From: Vicinamibacteria bacterium
GTDB lineage: Bacteria; Acidobacteriota; Vicinamibacteria; Marinacidobacterales; Marinacidobacteraceae
Length of the DNA: 64,000 nt
Assembly (NCBI GenBank): GCA_963668695.2
Contig: CAXXLQ010000004.1
Location: forward strand, 1,504,001-1,568,000
Reading direction: 5' to 3'
The notes under the pieces were generated by a model. It worked only from the letters and a program-made list of their open reading frames with translations, had not been told where the DNA came from and searched no databases. Numbering within the stretch: position 1 is the first letter of the stretch; each line of letters starts with the position of its first letter. Of the stretch, positions 1 to 10,504 are shown piece after piece. Position numbers and translations under genes: made by a program.

Positions 1-499
1 CGACATGGACGTGCTCGCCTTCGATCCACCCATGAAGGCGATCATCGAGGCCCGCCCGGATGTGGAGTACGCGGAGTTCGATGAACTGCTCGCTCGCAGC
101 GACTTCGTCACGATCCACACGGATCTCAACCCCTCGACGCATCATCTGTTCAATGCGGACGCCTTTGCCCGGATGAAGAAGACCGCGATCCTGATCAACA
201 CCGCGCGCGGCCCGGTAGTGGATGAAGCGGCGCTCGTGGACGCCCTCAAGTCGGGTCAGATCGGTGGGGCCGGCCTCGACGTGTTCGAGCACGAGCCGGC
301 CTTCCATCCGGGACTCGCCGAGTGTGACCAGGTGGTGATGCTTCCGCACGTCGCCAGCGGCAGCGTGGCTACCCGGGACCGGATGGCCACGATGTGCGCC
401 GAGAACGCGGTCGCTCACCTGACCCGGAAGCGCGCGCCGAACTGCGTGAACCCGGAGGTCTACGAAACCGAAGCGTACCGGCGGCGCATCGATCGTTAG
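1..499 (+). CDS. D-2-hydroxyacid dehydrogenase (glyoxylate/hydroxypyruvate reductase-like), 5' partial
   Basis: Motifs INTARGPVVDE, GLDVFEHEP and LPHVAS; the N-terminus lies before the window. Confidence 0.9.
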   Translation, partial: DMDVLAFDPPMKAIIEARPDVEYAEFDELLARSDFVTIHTDLNPSTHHLFNADAFARMKKTAILINTARGPVVDEAALVDALKSGQIGGAGLDVFEHEPAFHPGLAECDQVVMLPHVASGSVATRDRMATMCAENAVAHLTRKRAPNCVNPEVYETEAYRRRIDR

Positions 500-591
500 C
501 GTCCCGTGGAGAAAGTGCCGCGCCTTTCCCGCGCGCCAGCCAGTCCCCGGATTTACGGATCGTTGAGGAAGCGCGGCGCTTTCTCCACGGG
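500..591. repeat. Long inverted repeat, possibly a degenerate miniature of the MITE family
   Basis: CCCGTGGAGAAAGTGCCGCGC (503-523) pairs with 571-591 with one G-T; begins right after TTAG (stop codon) and resembles the MITE end CAGTCCGTGGACAGAGTG. Confidence 0.5.
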
Positions 592-740
592 GAGGTTCCG
601 CGAATCGCTGCGCGATTCACTCCACCTTTTCCTGCGGGGAGGGAACACCCCTCCCCGCACCCCACCCCGGCGGCGCTCCGCGCCGCATGGTACGTGTCTA
701 CTCGCAGTCACTCCAGACTGAGAAGACACGAGGCCGCGCG

Positions 741-2243
741 ATGACCCAGACGTTCGTCATCGTCACGGTCGCCGCCTACCTGCTGGGACTCCTGTTCCTG
801 GGCGCCGTCGCCTCCACCCGCATCCGGAACGTCACCGATTTCGTCGTCGCGGGCCGCCGGCTCGGCCTGGGACTCTGCACCTTCACCCTCTTTGCCACCT
901 GGTTCGGGGGCGGAACGATGATTGGAGCGGCCGGGGCCGCCTACGCGGGCGGCTTGAACGCGGTGGTCGCCGATCCCTTTGGCGCTGCGCTCTGCCTGCT
1001 CCTCGCCGGCGCGTTCTACGTAAGGCTCCTGCGGCGCATGCGCCTGCTCACCGTTCCCGACTTCTTCCGCCGCCGGTTCGGCAGGCCGGCGGAGATCCTT
1101 TCCGCGCTCTCCATTCTCCCTGCCTACATCGGCTGGGTGGGCTCACAGCTCCTGGCGGTCGGCACCGTGCTCTCGGCAATGGCGGGCCTTCCCTTCATCG
1201 CCAGCATCCTCATTGCCGCTGCCATCGTGCTCATCTACACGGTGCTCGGCGGGATGTGGGGGGTGACCCTCACCGACTTCTTCCAGGCGCTGGTCCTGAT
1301 CGCGGCGATCGTGCTCCTGCTTCCCATCGTTCTCGGGGAAGCCGGCGGCATTGCCGCGGTGCTCGACCGTCTACCGGAGGGGCGCACGCGCTTCCTGCCC
1401 ACCGGCGGGCTGCTGGAATGGCTCTTCTTCGTACAGGCCTGGCTGGTGATCGGGCTCGGCAACCTCCCCGGCCAGGACCTGATGCAGCGGGCGTTCAGTT
1501 CCAAGAGCGAAAGGGTGGCGCAGTGGGCCGCCTACTTCGGGGGTTCGCTCTACCTGGTGGTCGGCCTCATCCCGGTGGCGCTCGGGCTGATCGGTTCGGT
1601 GCTCATGCCGGGGCTTCAGAACCCGGAAGAGATCGTGCCGCGTCTCGCCATGGCGTACCTGCCGCCAGTGGGTCTCGCCCTCTTCCTGGGCGCGCTCTTT
1701 TCGGCGCTCATGAGTTCGGCGGACAGCGGACTGCTCGCCCCGGCAAGCATCTTCGGGCAGAACATCATGCGGAACGTGGCGCCCGACCTGAAGCCCAAGG
1801 AGGTGCTCCTCGCCGTTCGGGTGGGCGTCGTCATCTTCTGCGGACTGGCGCTGGCGGTAGCCCTCTGGTTCCAGAGCGTCTATTCGCTGATGGTCGAGTC
1901 CTGGACCGTCATGATGGTGGGGCTGTTTGGCCCGCTCACCCTGGGGATGTACTGGAAACGGACGAACGGTCCGGGAGCCGTGTGCGGCATCGTCGCCGGA
2001 CTGGCGACCTGGCTGGGGCTCATCGGGGTGGAAATGGTCTGGGGCGCCGTGTCGCCCGGAAACGTGACGGAGCTTCCCAACGCTCTGATCGCCACCCCCG
2101 TTTCCCTGCTGGCGACCGTAGTGGTGTCCCTGCTGACCGCGAAGAGCCATCCCCCGCGGGTGCTCACCGATGCCTCGGGGCGGCCGATCGAGGAACAGGG
2201 TCGTCTCGGGACCCTGGGTCTCCGCCGCCCGGCGTCCGCTTGA
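741..2243 (+). CDS. Sodium:solute symporter family protein (choline/proline-transporter-like)
   Basis: About 13 hydrophobic helices; DFVVAGR, YTVLGGMWGVTLTDFFQ, QDLMQR, SALMSSADS. Confidence 0.9.
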   Translation: MTQTFVIVTVAAYLLGLLFLGAVASTRIRNVTDFVVAGRRLGLGLCTFTLFATWFGGGTMIGAAGAAYAGGLNAVVADPFGAALCLLLAGAFYVRLLRRMRLLTVPDFFRRRFGRPAEILSALSILPAYIGWVGSQLLAVGTVLSAMAGLPFIASILIAAAIVLIYTVLGGMWGVTLTDFFQALVLIAAIVLLLPIVLGEAGGIAAVLDRLPEGRTRFLPTGGLLEWLFFVQAWLVIGLGNLPGQDLMQRAFSSKSERVAQWAAYFGGSLYLVVGLIPVALGLIGSVLMPGLQNPEEIVPRLAMAYLPPVGLALFLGALFSALMSSADSGLLAPASIFGQNIMRNVAPDLKPKEVLLAVRVGVVIFCGLALAVALWFQSVYSLMVESWTVMMVGLFGPLTLGMYWKRTNGPGAVCGIVAGLATWLGLIGVEMVWGAVSPGNVTELPNALIATPVSLLATVVVSLLTAKSHPPRVLTDASGRPIEEQGRLGTLGLRRPASA

Positions 2244-2917
2244 CGATCGCGAATCCAAAGGTGTCCACGCCTCGCTGGAGAATCGCGCCCACCGCGGCTC
2301 AACACGCGGAGGCGCTGGCCGAGCTCCAGCGCATCGTCTTTCCGACTCTGGACCCGTCGGAGCGCTTCGGTGCCGACCACTACCGCCGGCACGTCGAAAT
2401 CTTTCCCGGGGGTCAGTTCGTGGCCCTCGACGACGGGCGGCCGGAGACCCCGATTGCGGCGACCACGACCCTCCGGCTGAATCTCGATCTTGAGCATCCG
2501 CAGCACCGCTTCCCGGAGTTCCTGGGAGGGTTGTCGCTCAGTGCTCATGATCCGGCCGGGGAGTGGCTCTACGGGGCCGATCTCGGGGTCCACCCGGCCT
2601 GGAGGAGGCGAGGTATTGCCCGGGCGCTCTACGCGGCCCGGCAATCCGCCGCCGTTCAGCTCGGCCTGCGCGGCCAGCTCACCGTCGGCATGCTCAACGG
2701 CTACGGGGCGGTCGCCGATCGGATGAGCGCCGAGGAGTACTACGAGCAACTGGTGGCGGGGGTCCTCGAGGACCCCACGGTTTCCGCCCAGCTGCGGATC
2801 GGGTTTCGGCCGGGAGGACTGATTCCGGACTACGTTCAGGACCCGCGTTGCGGGGGCTACGGCGTCCTGCTCACCCTTCCGGTCGATCGTTGGCAGCCTG
2901 TGGTGGAACCCGCGTGA
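2240..2917 (+). CDS. GNAT N-acetyltransferase (YkwB-like)
   Basis: Acetyl-CoA motif VHPAWRRRGIARALY; TTG start overlaps the symporter stop; the last codons lie inside a MITE end. Confidence 0.8.
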   Translation: MTIANPKVSTPRWRIAPTAAQHAEALAELQRIVFPTLDPSERFGADHYRRHVEIFPGGQFVALDDGRPETPIAATTTLRLNLDLEHPQHRFPEFLGGLSLSAHDPAGEWLYGADLGVHPAWRRRGIARALYAARQSAAVQLGLRGQLTVGMLNGYGAVADRMSAEEYYEQLVAGVLEDPTVSAQLRIGFRPGGLIPDYVQDPRCGGYGVLLTLPVDRWQPVVEPA

Positions 2918-3124
2918 GCGCCGAGGCCGGTGAGGCGCTTGGCTGACAAGGCGCGTGAGGGAGGAATACCGGGTGTATTCCGACCGAAACGCAACGATGA
3001 GCGGCGCGCAGCGACGCGGTCAGCCGGGATGGATCGCCGGCCGAACGCCGCGCGGGTTTCATCACCGGCTGTTTGGCCGGGATGGATCGCCGGGCGAACG
3101 CCGCCGGGGTTTCACCACAGGCTG
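2894..3124 (+). mobile_element. MITE-like element with duplicated right end
   Basis: Terminal inverted repeats CAGCCTGTGGTGGAACCC / GGGTTTCACCACAGGCTG; flanks TTGG/TTAG; core shared with about 10 other copies. Confidence 0.85.
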
Positions 3125-3306
3125 TTAGGTCCCCGCTCGGGAACCGAGTGCCTAGCGCCAGTCACGGGCCCATCTGTAACATTCGCGGGTCACGCGCGTA
3201 GCGATAGCAAAGGCATTCCTTGATCCGCCCGCAAGGCGGTTGCCGGGTTCCCGGCAGGGGTCTGGAACCTTTGGGGAACGCGCCTCGTAGCGTCTGATGA
3301 CTCCGC

Positions 3307-4542
3307 ATGACTCCCGCCAAACCCGCCGACCGGCTCGCCGAACTGAAGATCGGTGACGAACAGCGCGGTTCGCGTCCGTTTGCGCTCGTCACCGCGATCA
3401 TCGGCGGGATCCTGGTTATCGGGGGTGGGGTATCGGCGGTCTTCCTCCTCGGGTCGGAACCGGAGGTGCTCGCTGTCCGCACGGCGCGGGTGCGCTCGGT
3501 CTCGGTAGACGCCGGGACCACGGTCCTCAACGCGAGCGGCTACGTGACCGCGCGCCGGCAAGCCACCGTCTCATCCAAGACGGCGGGGCAGATCATCGAG
3601 ATCGCCATCGAGGAAGGCATGGAGGTGATCGCCGGGCAGGTGCTCGCACGGCTCGACTCCTCGAACCTGGAGCGGAGTTTCGAGTTGGCGGAAGCGCAGA
3701 CGGCGGTGGCCCGGAAGGCGGTTCTCGAAGTGGAGGCCCAGCTTGCCGAGGCGCGTCTTCGCCAGGAGCGGACCAGACGCCTCGTGGAAGAGCGGGTAGC
3801 CGGACAGGCGGACCTTGACCGGGTCAATGGAGAGGTAGCGACCCTGGAAGCGCGGTTCGAGCGCCAGCAGGAGGACATCCGGGTTTCGGAGCGGCGGGCG
3901 GACGTCATCGGCCAGCAGATCGAGGACATGGTGATCCGGGCGCCCTTCGACGGCGTCATCACCGCCAAAAACGCCCAGCCGGGCGAGATGATGTCCCCAA
4001 TCGCCGGAGGCGCCGGCTTCACCCGTACCGGCATCGGCACCATCGTGGACATGACCTCGCTGGAGATCGAGGTGGATGTCAACGAGGCATACATCAACCG
4101 GGTATCGCCCGGGCAGCCGGTGGATGCGGTCCTCGACTCCTACGACGACTGGACGATCCCGGCGCGGGTGATCGCGATCATTCCGACGGCCGACCGCGAC
4201 CGGGCCACGGTCCGGGTGCGGATCGGCTTCGACGAACTGGACCCCCGGATCCTGCCGGACATGGGGGTCAAGGTGAGTTTCCGCTCCGCGGAAGCGGAAC
4301 CGGAAGAGGCCCCGGAGGGTCTGCTGGTCGAAGCCGCGGCGGTCTTTCAGGACACTGGGCGGGACCTGGTCTATCTGGTGCGCGACGGACGGGTCCAGCG
4401 CCGGGCGGTCCGGCTGGGCGACCGCCGCGGATCCGATGTGTTTGTGCTCTCCGGGCTCGTGGAGGGTGACCGGGTCGTCGTGGAGGGGCCCCCCGGCCTC
4501 GCGGACGGCGCGGAAGTCGTGGAAGCGGCCACGGCCCCGTGA
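3307..4542 (+). CDS. Efflux periplasmic adaptor (MacA-like membrane fusion protein)
   Basis: N-terminal TM, ASGYV, coiled coil, IRAPFDGVI, LEIEVDVNE, ILPDMGVKV. Confidence 0.9.
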   Translation: MTPAKPADRLAELKIGDEQRGSRPFALVTAIIGGILVIGGGVSAVFLLGSEPEVLAVRTARVRSVSVDAGTTVLNASGYVTARRQATVSSKTAGQIIEIAIEEGMEVIAGQVLARLDSSNLERSFELAEAQTAVARKAVLEVEAQLAEARLRQERTRRLVEERVAGQADLDRVNGEVATLEARFERQQEDIRVSERRADVIGQQIEDMVIRAPFDGVITAKNAQPGEMMSPIAGGAGFTRTGIGTIVDMTSLEIEVDVNEAYINRVSPGQPVDAVLDSYDDWTIPARVIAIIPTADRDRATVRVRIGFDELDPRILPDMGVKVSFRSAEAEPEEAPEGLLVEAAAVFQDTGRDLVYLVRDGRVQRRAVRLGDRRGSDVFVLSGLVEGDRVVVEGPPGLADGAEVVEAATAP

Positions 4543-4566
4543 TTTCGGGGCAAGGAGAACTCTCAG

Positions 4567-5358
4567 ATGAGTGAAACAGGGATTTCGGAAGGGATTTCGG
4601 AAACGGACGGCGGAAACGGAGCCGCGGCGGAAGCGATGGTGGATGTGCGGAACGTCACCCGGACCTTCCGCCGCGGCCGGACGCCGGTTCCGGTGTTGCG
4701 GGGCTTCACCCTGCGCATGGAAAAGGGAGATTTCCTCGCGCTCATGGGCCCCTCGGGCTCCGGGAAGTCCACGCTCTTGAACCTCGTTGCCGGGCTCGAC
4801 CGGCCGACCAGCGGCGAAGTGATCGTGGGCGGTTCCCCGATTCACAGCCTCTCCGAGCGGCGCCTGGCCGGCTGGAGGGCCCGCAACATCGGGTTCATCT
4901 TCCAGTTCTCGAACCTCCTCGGGGCGCTGAACGCCGAACGGAACGTCGCGGTGCCACTGCTGCTGACCTCGTTTTCCGCCCGCGAGCGACGCCGCCGGGT
5001 TGCCATCGCCCTCGAAATCGTCGGCCTTTCCGATCGGGCCAAACACCGTCCCCGGGAACTCTCGGGCGGTGAGCAGCAACGGGTCGGCATTGCTCGCGCT
5101 CTGGTGAACGATCCGGCGCTCCTGGTGTGCGACGAGCCGACCGGGGATCTCGACCGGGGGACGAGCAACGAGATTCTCGATCTGCTGGTGGCTCTCAACC
5201 GCGACCAGGGGAAGACCATCCTGATGGTGACGCACGACCCGGTCGCTGCGGAGCGTGCCTCCCGGGTGCTCCATCTCGAGGACGGCCGGCTGGCCGACTG
5301 CGGACACGACGGGACGATCGTGATGCCCGTCCACGAACCGGCCGGGGCGGCGGTATGA
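4567..5358 (+). CDS. ABC transporter ATP-binding protein (MacB/LolD-like)
   Basis: GPSGSGKST, LSGGEQQRV, DEPTGDLD, VTHD. Confidence 0.95.
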   Translation: MSETGISEGISETDGGNGAAAEAMVDVRNVTRTFRRGRTPVPVLRGFTLRMEKGDFLALMGPSGSGKSTLLNLVAGLDRPTSGEVIVGGSPIHSLSERRLAGWRARNIGFIFQFSNLLGALNAERNVAVPLLLTSFSARERRRRVAIALEIVGLSDRAKHRPRELSGGEQQRVGIARALVNDPALLVCDEPTGDLDRGTSNEILDLLVALNRDQGKTILMVTHDPVAAERASRVLHLEDGRLADCGHDGTIVMPVHEPAGAAV

Positions 5359-6515
5359 CTTCCTTCACGCTGATCAGCGCGGCGCTTCGGCGGAAGAAGA
5401 CCAGGACCTTCCTGACCTTCTCATCGGTGGTCTTCGCGTTCCTGATCTTTGGCGTTTTGTCCATGCTGCAGGCGGCCTTTTCGATGGGGGCCGATATCGC
5501 CAACGAGGACCGGCTGGTGGTGCGTCACCGGGTTTCGCTCTTCCAGCTTCTCCCGCAGTCCTATGAAGCCGACATGGAGGAGGTCCCCGGCGTCATCGAC
5601 GCCATGCACATGACCTGGTTCGGCGGCGTGTACCAGGATCAGCACAACTTCTTCATGCAGTCTCCGGTGGAACCCGCGGAATACCTCGACATGTATCCGG
5701 AGGTCTCGGTCCCGGAGGAGGCGAAGCTTCGCTGGATCGAAACCCGGAACGGCGCCATCGCCGGCCGCGCGCTCGTGGAGCGCTTCGGCTGGGAGGTCGG
5801 CGACCGGATCCCGCTTCAGCCCACCATCTGGCAGCAGCAGGGGAGGGGCGATGAGGCCTGGGAGTTCGAGCTGGTCGGCGTCTACGAGAGCGACGTCGAT
5901 GGCTTCGACGAGACCCAGTTCCTCTTCCGCTACGACTTCTTCGACGAGGCCCGTTCCTTCGGTCGGGGGCAGGTAGGGTGGTTCGCGGTGCGGATCGCAG
6001 ATCCGGATCGCGCCGCGGAGGTTGCCGCCGCGATCGACGATGCGTTCCGGAATTCCGCCGCCGAGACCAAGAGCGAGTCCGAGGGCGCGTTCGCGGCCGG
6101 GTTCGCGAACCAGGTCGGCAACCTGGGGCTGATCGTGACCTCGATCCTCGGTGCCGTCTTCTTCACCATCCTGCTGGTCGCCGGCAACACCATGGCGCAG
6201 TCGGTGCGCGAGCGGATCGGCGAGATCGGGCTGCTGAAGGCGCTCGGCTTCACGGCCACCCGGGTGCAGCGTCTCGTTCTCATGGAGTCGGTGACGCTGG
6301 TGACCACCGCGGGATTTTTGGGAATGGTCCTCGCGGTCGGGCTCGAGAAAGTTCTCCGGTCGGCGCTTTCGGCGTATTTCCCGGGCCTCTTCCTGCGGCC
6401 CGCGGATCTGTTGTTGGGGCTCGGTCTCGCGGTCGTGACCGGCCTCATCGTCGGGATCTTTCCGGCGCGGCGGGCGATGCGGCTGGAGACGGCGTTCGCG
6501 CTGCGCCGCCTGTAA
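5355..6515 (+). CDS. ABC transporter permease (MacB/FtsX family)
   Basis: ATGA overlap with the ATPase; NTMAQSVRERIGEIGLLKALGF; C-terminal PARRA. Confidence 0.9.
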   Translation: MTSFTLISAALRRKKTRTFLTFSSVVFAFLIFGVLSMLQAAFSMGADIANEDRLVVRHRVSLFQLLPQSYEADMEEVPGVIDAMHMTWFGGVYQDQHNFFMQSPVEPAEYLDMYPEVSVPEEAKLRWIETRNGAIAGRALVERFGWEVGDRIPLQPTIWQQQGRGDEAWEFELVGVYESDVDGFDETQFLFRYDFFDEARSFGRGQVGWFAVRIADPDRAAEVAAAIDDAFRNSAAETKSESEGAFAAGFANQVGNLGLIVTSILGAVFFTILLVAGNTMAQSVRERIGEIGLLKALGFTATRVQRLVLMESVTLVTTAGFLGMVLAVGLEKVLRSALSAYFPGLFLRPADLLLGLGLAVVTGLIVGIFPARRAMRLETAFALRRL

Positions 6516-6527
6516 GGGGTACGGAAA

Positions 6528-7724
6528 ATGGGCGTCCTTTCTCTCCTGCGGCAGTGCCAGGCGATCACCCGTTACAACCTCGAAACCATCTGGGAGCGCC
6601 GCGCGGTTTCGGTGGTCGCGATCTTCGGAATCGCCGGGGTTGTCGGGGTCCTCGTCGCCGTGCTCTCGATGGCCGCCGGATTCCGTGCGGTGGTGACCGG
6701 ACAGGCCCGGGACGATGTGGCGGTGGTGCTCCGGAGCGGTTCCATCGGTGAATCGGCGAGCATCCTGAACCATCAGGACATCCAGGTTCTCTGGGAGGCT
6801 CCGGGGGTGGCGAGGGGCCCGGACGGTCCGCTGGTTTCGCCGGAACTCTTCGTCATCATCGACCGCAAGAAGATAGGGGTGGGAACCGACGCGAACGTCC
6901 CGCTCCGGGGCGTGGAAGCCGCGGCCTTCGTGTTGCGCGACCAGATCGAAATCGTGGAGGGGCGGAACTTCGAGCCGGGCCGGAACGAGGTCATCGTCGG
7001 CGACGGCGCCGCGGGCGCCTTCGAGGGTCTGCTCGTCGGCGACCGGATTGATGTGGGGCGGGCCTCCTGGGAGGTGGTTGGTCGGTTCACTGCGGGAGGC
7101 GGCGTCGCCGAATCGGAGATCTGGACGGACACCCGCGTGCTCCAGCAGATGTACCGGCGCGGCAACTCCTGGAACGTGGCCCTCGTGCGTCTCACCGACG
7201 CCGACGCTTTCGAGGGGTTCGAGCAGGCGCTGACCGACGATCCGCGCGTGAGCCTCGGCGCCCAGCGGCAGACCACCTACATGGCCGCGCAATCCAGGCC
7301 GATCGAGGCCTTCATCTCGGTAGTCGGTTGGATCATCGTCGCCATGATGTCGGCGGGCGCGGTCTTCGCCGCGCTGAACACCATGTACGCGGCGGTGTCG
7401 TCGCGGTCCCGAGAGATTGCGACCCTACGCGCCCTCGGGTTCTCCCGGCTGCCGATCGTGATCTCGGTGATGATCGAGTCGCTCGTCTTCGGGCTGATCG
7501 GCGCGGCGGCAGGCGGCGCGGCGTCCTGGTTCCTGTTCGACGGGTTCCGGGCGGCGACGATCAACTGGGCCTCGTTCAGCCAGGTGGCCTTCGCCTTCGC
7601 GGTGACACCGGAGCTCCTCGTTCAGGGGATCGTTCTTGCCCTCGTCATCAGCGCCATCGGCGGTTTCCTGCCCGCGGTGGGCGCCGCCCGCCGCAGCGTG
7701 ATCGGGGCCCTGCGGGAACAGTAA
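6528..7724 (+). CDS. ABC transporter permease (MacB/FtsX family)
   Basis: NTMYAAVSSRSREIATLRALGF; 4-TM FtsX topology. Confidence 0.9.
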   Translation: MGVLSLLRQCQAITRYNLETIWERRAVSVVAIFGIAGVVGVLVAVLSMAAGFRAVVTGQARDDVAVVLRSGSIGESASILNHQDIQVLWEAPGVARGPDGPLVSPELFVIIDRKKIGVGTDANVPLRGVEAAAFVLRDQIEIVEGRNFEPGRNEVIVGDGAAGAFEGLLVGDRIDVGRASWEVVGRFTAGGGVAESEIWTDTRVLQQMYRRGNSWNVALVRLTDADAFEGFEQALTDDPRVSLGAQRQTTYMAAQSRPIEAFISVVGWIIVAMMSAGAVFAALNTMYAAVSSRSREIATLRALGFSRLPIVISVMIESLVFGLIGAAAGGAASWFLFDGFRAATINWASFSQVAFAFAVTPELLVQGIVLALVISAIGGFLPAVGAARRSVIGALREQ

Positions 7725-7776
7725 GGCCCGCCACCCGGCCGGGGCCGCCCCCGATCGGCGTGGGTGGCTCAGTTAA

Positions 7777-8226
7777 CAGCCGGTGGTGAAACCCACGTGA
7801 GCGCCGAGACCGGCCAGTTCTCCCGGTGGGGGCGAGGCGCCCGGCTGACAAGGCGCGTGAGGGAGGAGCCCCCACCGGGAGAACTGGCCCGGGTGTATTT
7901 CGACCGAAACGCAACGATGAGCGGCGCGAAGCGACGCGGGTAACAGCCTGTGGTGGGACCCGGGTGAGCGCCGAGGCCGGCCAGTTCTCCCGGTGGGGGC
8001 GAGGCGCCCGGCTGACAAGGCGCGTGAGAGAGGAGCCCCCACCGGGAGAACTGGCCCGGGTGTATTTCGACCGAAACGCAACGATGAGCGGCGCGAAGCG
8101 ACGCGGTTCAGCCGGGATGGATCGCCGGCCGAACGCCGCGCGGGTTCCATTGCAGGCTGTTTGGCCGGGATGGTTCGCCGCTCGAGCCCCGGGAGAACTG
8201 GGCCGCGTGACTTTGTCTACCGGCTG
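7777..8226 (+). mobile_element. Two tandem MITE copies (7777-7939 truncated; 7944-8226)
   Basis: Left ends CAGCCGGTGGTGAAACCC and CAGCCTGTGGTGGGACCC each follow TAA; duplicated core; right end ACTTTGTCTACCGGCTG. Confidence 0.85.
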
Positions 8227-10358
8227 TTGAGCCCGCGCCGCCGGAGCAGCGGCTCCACGTCCGCGTCCCGCCCGCGGAACGTGCGGAAGAGATCCATCGC
8301 CTCGACGCTGCCACCCTTCGAGAGCAGCGTTTGCCGGAAGTGGTCGCCGTTTTCGCGCTTCAGGCCGTCGTTCTCCTTGAACCATTCGACTGAATCGGCG
8401 TCCAGGACCTCGCTCCAGATGTACGAGTAGTAACCGGCTGAATAGCCGCTGCTCCAGATGTGCGAGAAATAGGTGCTCCGGTAGCGGGGCGGCACCGGAG
8501 CAAAGGCGACCCCCGCCGCTTCCAGCGCGGACTCTTCGAACGCGAGGACGCCGTCGGCTTCCGGAACGTCGGAAGCGTCGAGTTGATGCCAGGCCAGATC
8601 CAGCAGCGTGGCCGCCAGGTATTCGGTGGTGGCGAAACCCTGGTTGAAAGTGCGCGCCGACAGCACCCGGTCGAGGAGGTCCGCCGGAATCGGCTCCCCG
8701 GTTTCGTAGTGGACCGCGTAGTTCCGGAGCACCTCCGGCCAGGTGGCCCACATCTCGTTCACCTGCGAGGGGTATTCGACGAAATCCCGCGGCACCGAGG
8801 TTCCCGCGAAGTAGGGGTAGCGGACGCTCGAAAACAGGCCGTGGAGCGCGTGTCCGAACTCGTGGAACATCGTGATGACTTCGTCGAAGGTCAGCAGCGT
8901 CGCTTCCCCCTCGGGAGGTTTCGGGATGTTCAGATGGTTCGCGACGACCGGTTTCGTTCCCAGGAGGTTTGACTGGGAGACGTAGGCGTTCATCCAGGCG
9001 CCGCCCCGCTTCGACGGCCGGGCGTAGAAGTCGCCGATGAAGAGTCCGAGCGGGGAGCCGTCCTCCTCGAAGACCTCCCAGATGCGCACATCCGGGTGAT
9101 AGACCGGCAGTTCGGGCCGTTCTTCGAAGCGGAGGCCGAAGAGCTGGTTTGCGGCGTGGAAGACGCCGTTTACCAGGACGCCGTTCATCTCGAAGTAGGG
9201 CTTGAGTTGCGAGGCGTCAAATGAGAACCGTTGGGCTCGGAGCTTTTCGGAGTAGTACGACCAGTCCCAGGCGGCGATCTCGATATCGGCGCCCTCGGAT
9301 CGGGCGAGCGCCGCCAGGTCGTCGGCTTCCCGGCGCGCGTTGGCCACTGCCGCCGGGGCAAGCCCCGCGAGGCGCCCGTTCACGGCCTCGATGGTCTGCG
9401 CCGTCTGCTCCTCAAGGACATAGGCGGCGTGGTGCGGGTATCCGAGCAGCCCGGCGCGCTCGGCGCGGAGCGCCGCGATCTTCACGATCACCTCGCGGTT
9501 GTCGTGTTCCCCCCCGCGACTGCCCCGCGTGAGCGAGGTATTCGCGATCTGCTCCCGCAGTGCGCGATCTTCGAGCGATGAGAGGGCCGGCTGGCCGCTG
9601 GTGTTCAGGAGGGCGATCACGTACTTGCCATCGAGGTCGCGCGCCTTCGCCGCCTCGGCCGCGGCGGCGATTTCCCCTTCGGAAAGTCCGGCGAGTTCCT
9701 CGGCGGTATCCACCACCACTGCCGAGGCGTTCACCTCGTTCAGGGTGTTGTCGCTGAAGGCGGCCGAAAGGGAAGCGACTTCGGCGTTGATCTCCCGCAT
9801 GCGCTCCTTCTCGGGTTCCGAGAGCTGGGCGCCGGCGCGGGTGAAGTCGCGCCGGTACTGCTCCACCAGCCGCACTTCCTCGGGCGAGAGTCCGGCGGCC
9901 TCGCGCCCCTCGAAAAGCGCCTCCACCCGGGCGAAGAGGTCGGCGTTCAGCAGGATCTGGTCCGAGTGGGCCGCCAGCTTGGGCGCCATCTCGGCGCGGA
10001 TGGCATTGATCTCGTCGTTCGTATCGGCGGACGACAAGCTGAAGAAGACCCGCGCCACCTGGTCGAGCAGACGCCCCGACCGCTCCATGGCGACGAGGGT
10101 GTTCTCGAGGGTGGCCGGCTCCGAGGACGACGCGATCGCCTCCACCTCCTCGATCTGCTCGGCCATCCCGCGCTCGAACGCTCCCCGGTAGTGACCGTCC
10201 TCGATGAGGTCGAAGGCGGGCAGCCCGTAAGGGAGGCTGCTCTCGGCAAAGAAGGGGTTGTCGTCCATCTCTGGCTCAGGCGTCCCGCCGCAGCCGGCGG
10301 CGAGGATCAGCGTCAGGACCGGGGCCGCCGCGGCGGCCGGGAGGTGGCGGCTGTACAT
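8217..10358 (-). CDS. dcp: M3 family metallopeptidase (peptidyl-dipeptidase Dcp-like), lipoprotein
   Basis: HEFGH zinc motif, KRGGAWM, RDFVEYPSQ, YSAGYYSY; LAAGC lipobox; stop codon lies within a MITE end. Confidence 0.9.
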   Translation of the reverse strand: MYSRHLPAAAAAPVLTLILAAGCGGTPEPEMDDNPFFAESSLPYGLPAFDLIEDGHYRGAFERGMAEQIEEVEAIASSSEPATLENTLVAMERSGRLLDQVARVFFSLSSADTNDEINAIRAEMAPKLAAHSDQILLNADLFARVEALFEGREAAGLSPEEVRLVEQYRRDFTRAGAQLSEPEKERMREINAEVASLSAAFSDNTLNEVNASAVVVDTAEELAGLSEGEIAAAAEAAKARDLDGKYVIALLNTSGQPALSSLEDRALREQIANTSLTRGSRGGEHDNREVIVKIAALRAERAGLLGYPHHAAYVLEEQTAQTIEAVNGRLAGLAPAAVANARREADDLAALARSEGADIEIAAWDWSYYSEKLRAQRFSFDASQLKPYFEMNGVLVNGVFHAANQLFGLRFEERPELPVYHPDVRIWEVFEEDGSPLGLFIGDFYARPSKRGGAWMNAYVSQSNLLGTKPVVANHLNIPKPPEGEATLLTFDEVITMFHEFGHALHGLFSSVRYPYFAGTSVPRDFVEYPSQVNEMWATWPEVLRNYAVHYETGEPIPADLLDRVLSARTFNQGFATTEYLAATLLDLAWHQLDASDVPEADGVLAFEESALEAAGVAFAPVPPRYRSTYFSHIWSSGYSAGYYSYIWSEVLDADSVEWFKENDGLKRENGDHFRQTLLSKGGSVEAMDLFRTFRGRDADVEPLLRRRGLNSR

Positions 10359-10504
10359 ATCTGTTGCTCCTGTTTCTGGGTGGGGTCTGCCCGACGATGT
10401 CCGCAGGGCGCCGATCGTGCGCTGCGGGAGGGTCCGTCATGAAGCGCTCCACCGGCGCAGCAGGGGAACCCCGCAGCCGGCGAACTCCCGGACGTTGACG
10501 ATGA

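Noticed and set aside
3571-7292. Long antisense ORFs (also 12183-14279, 16695-18473, 22863-24635, 43079-45001, 59622-61208)
   Set aside because: High-GC shadow frames opposite well-supported genes
7648-8430. ORFs with recurring PTGRTG, PVLPVG or QFSRWG peptides (also near 11.7, 32.6, 47.3 and 52.8 kb)
   Set aside because: These are translations of the MITE and its 20-bp module, not genes
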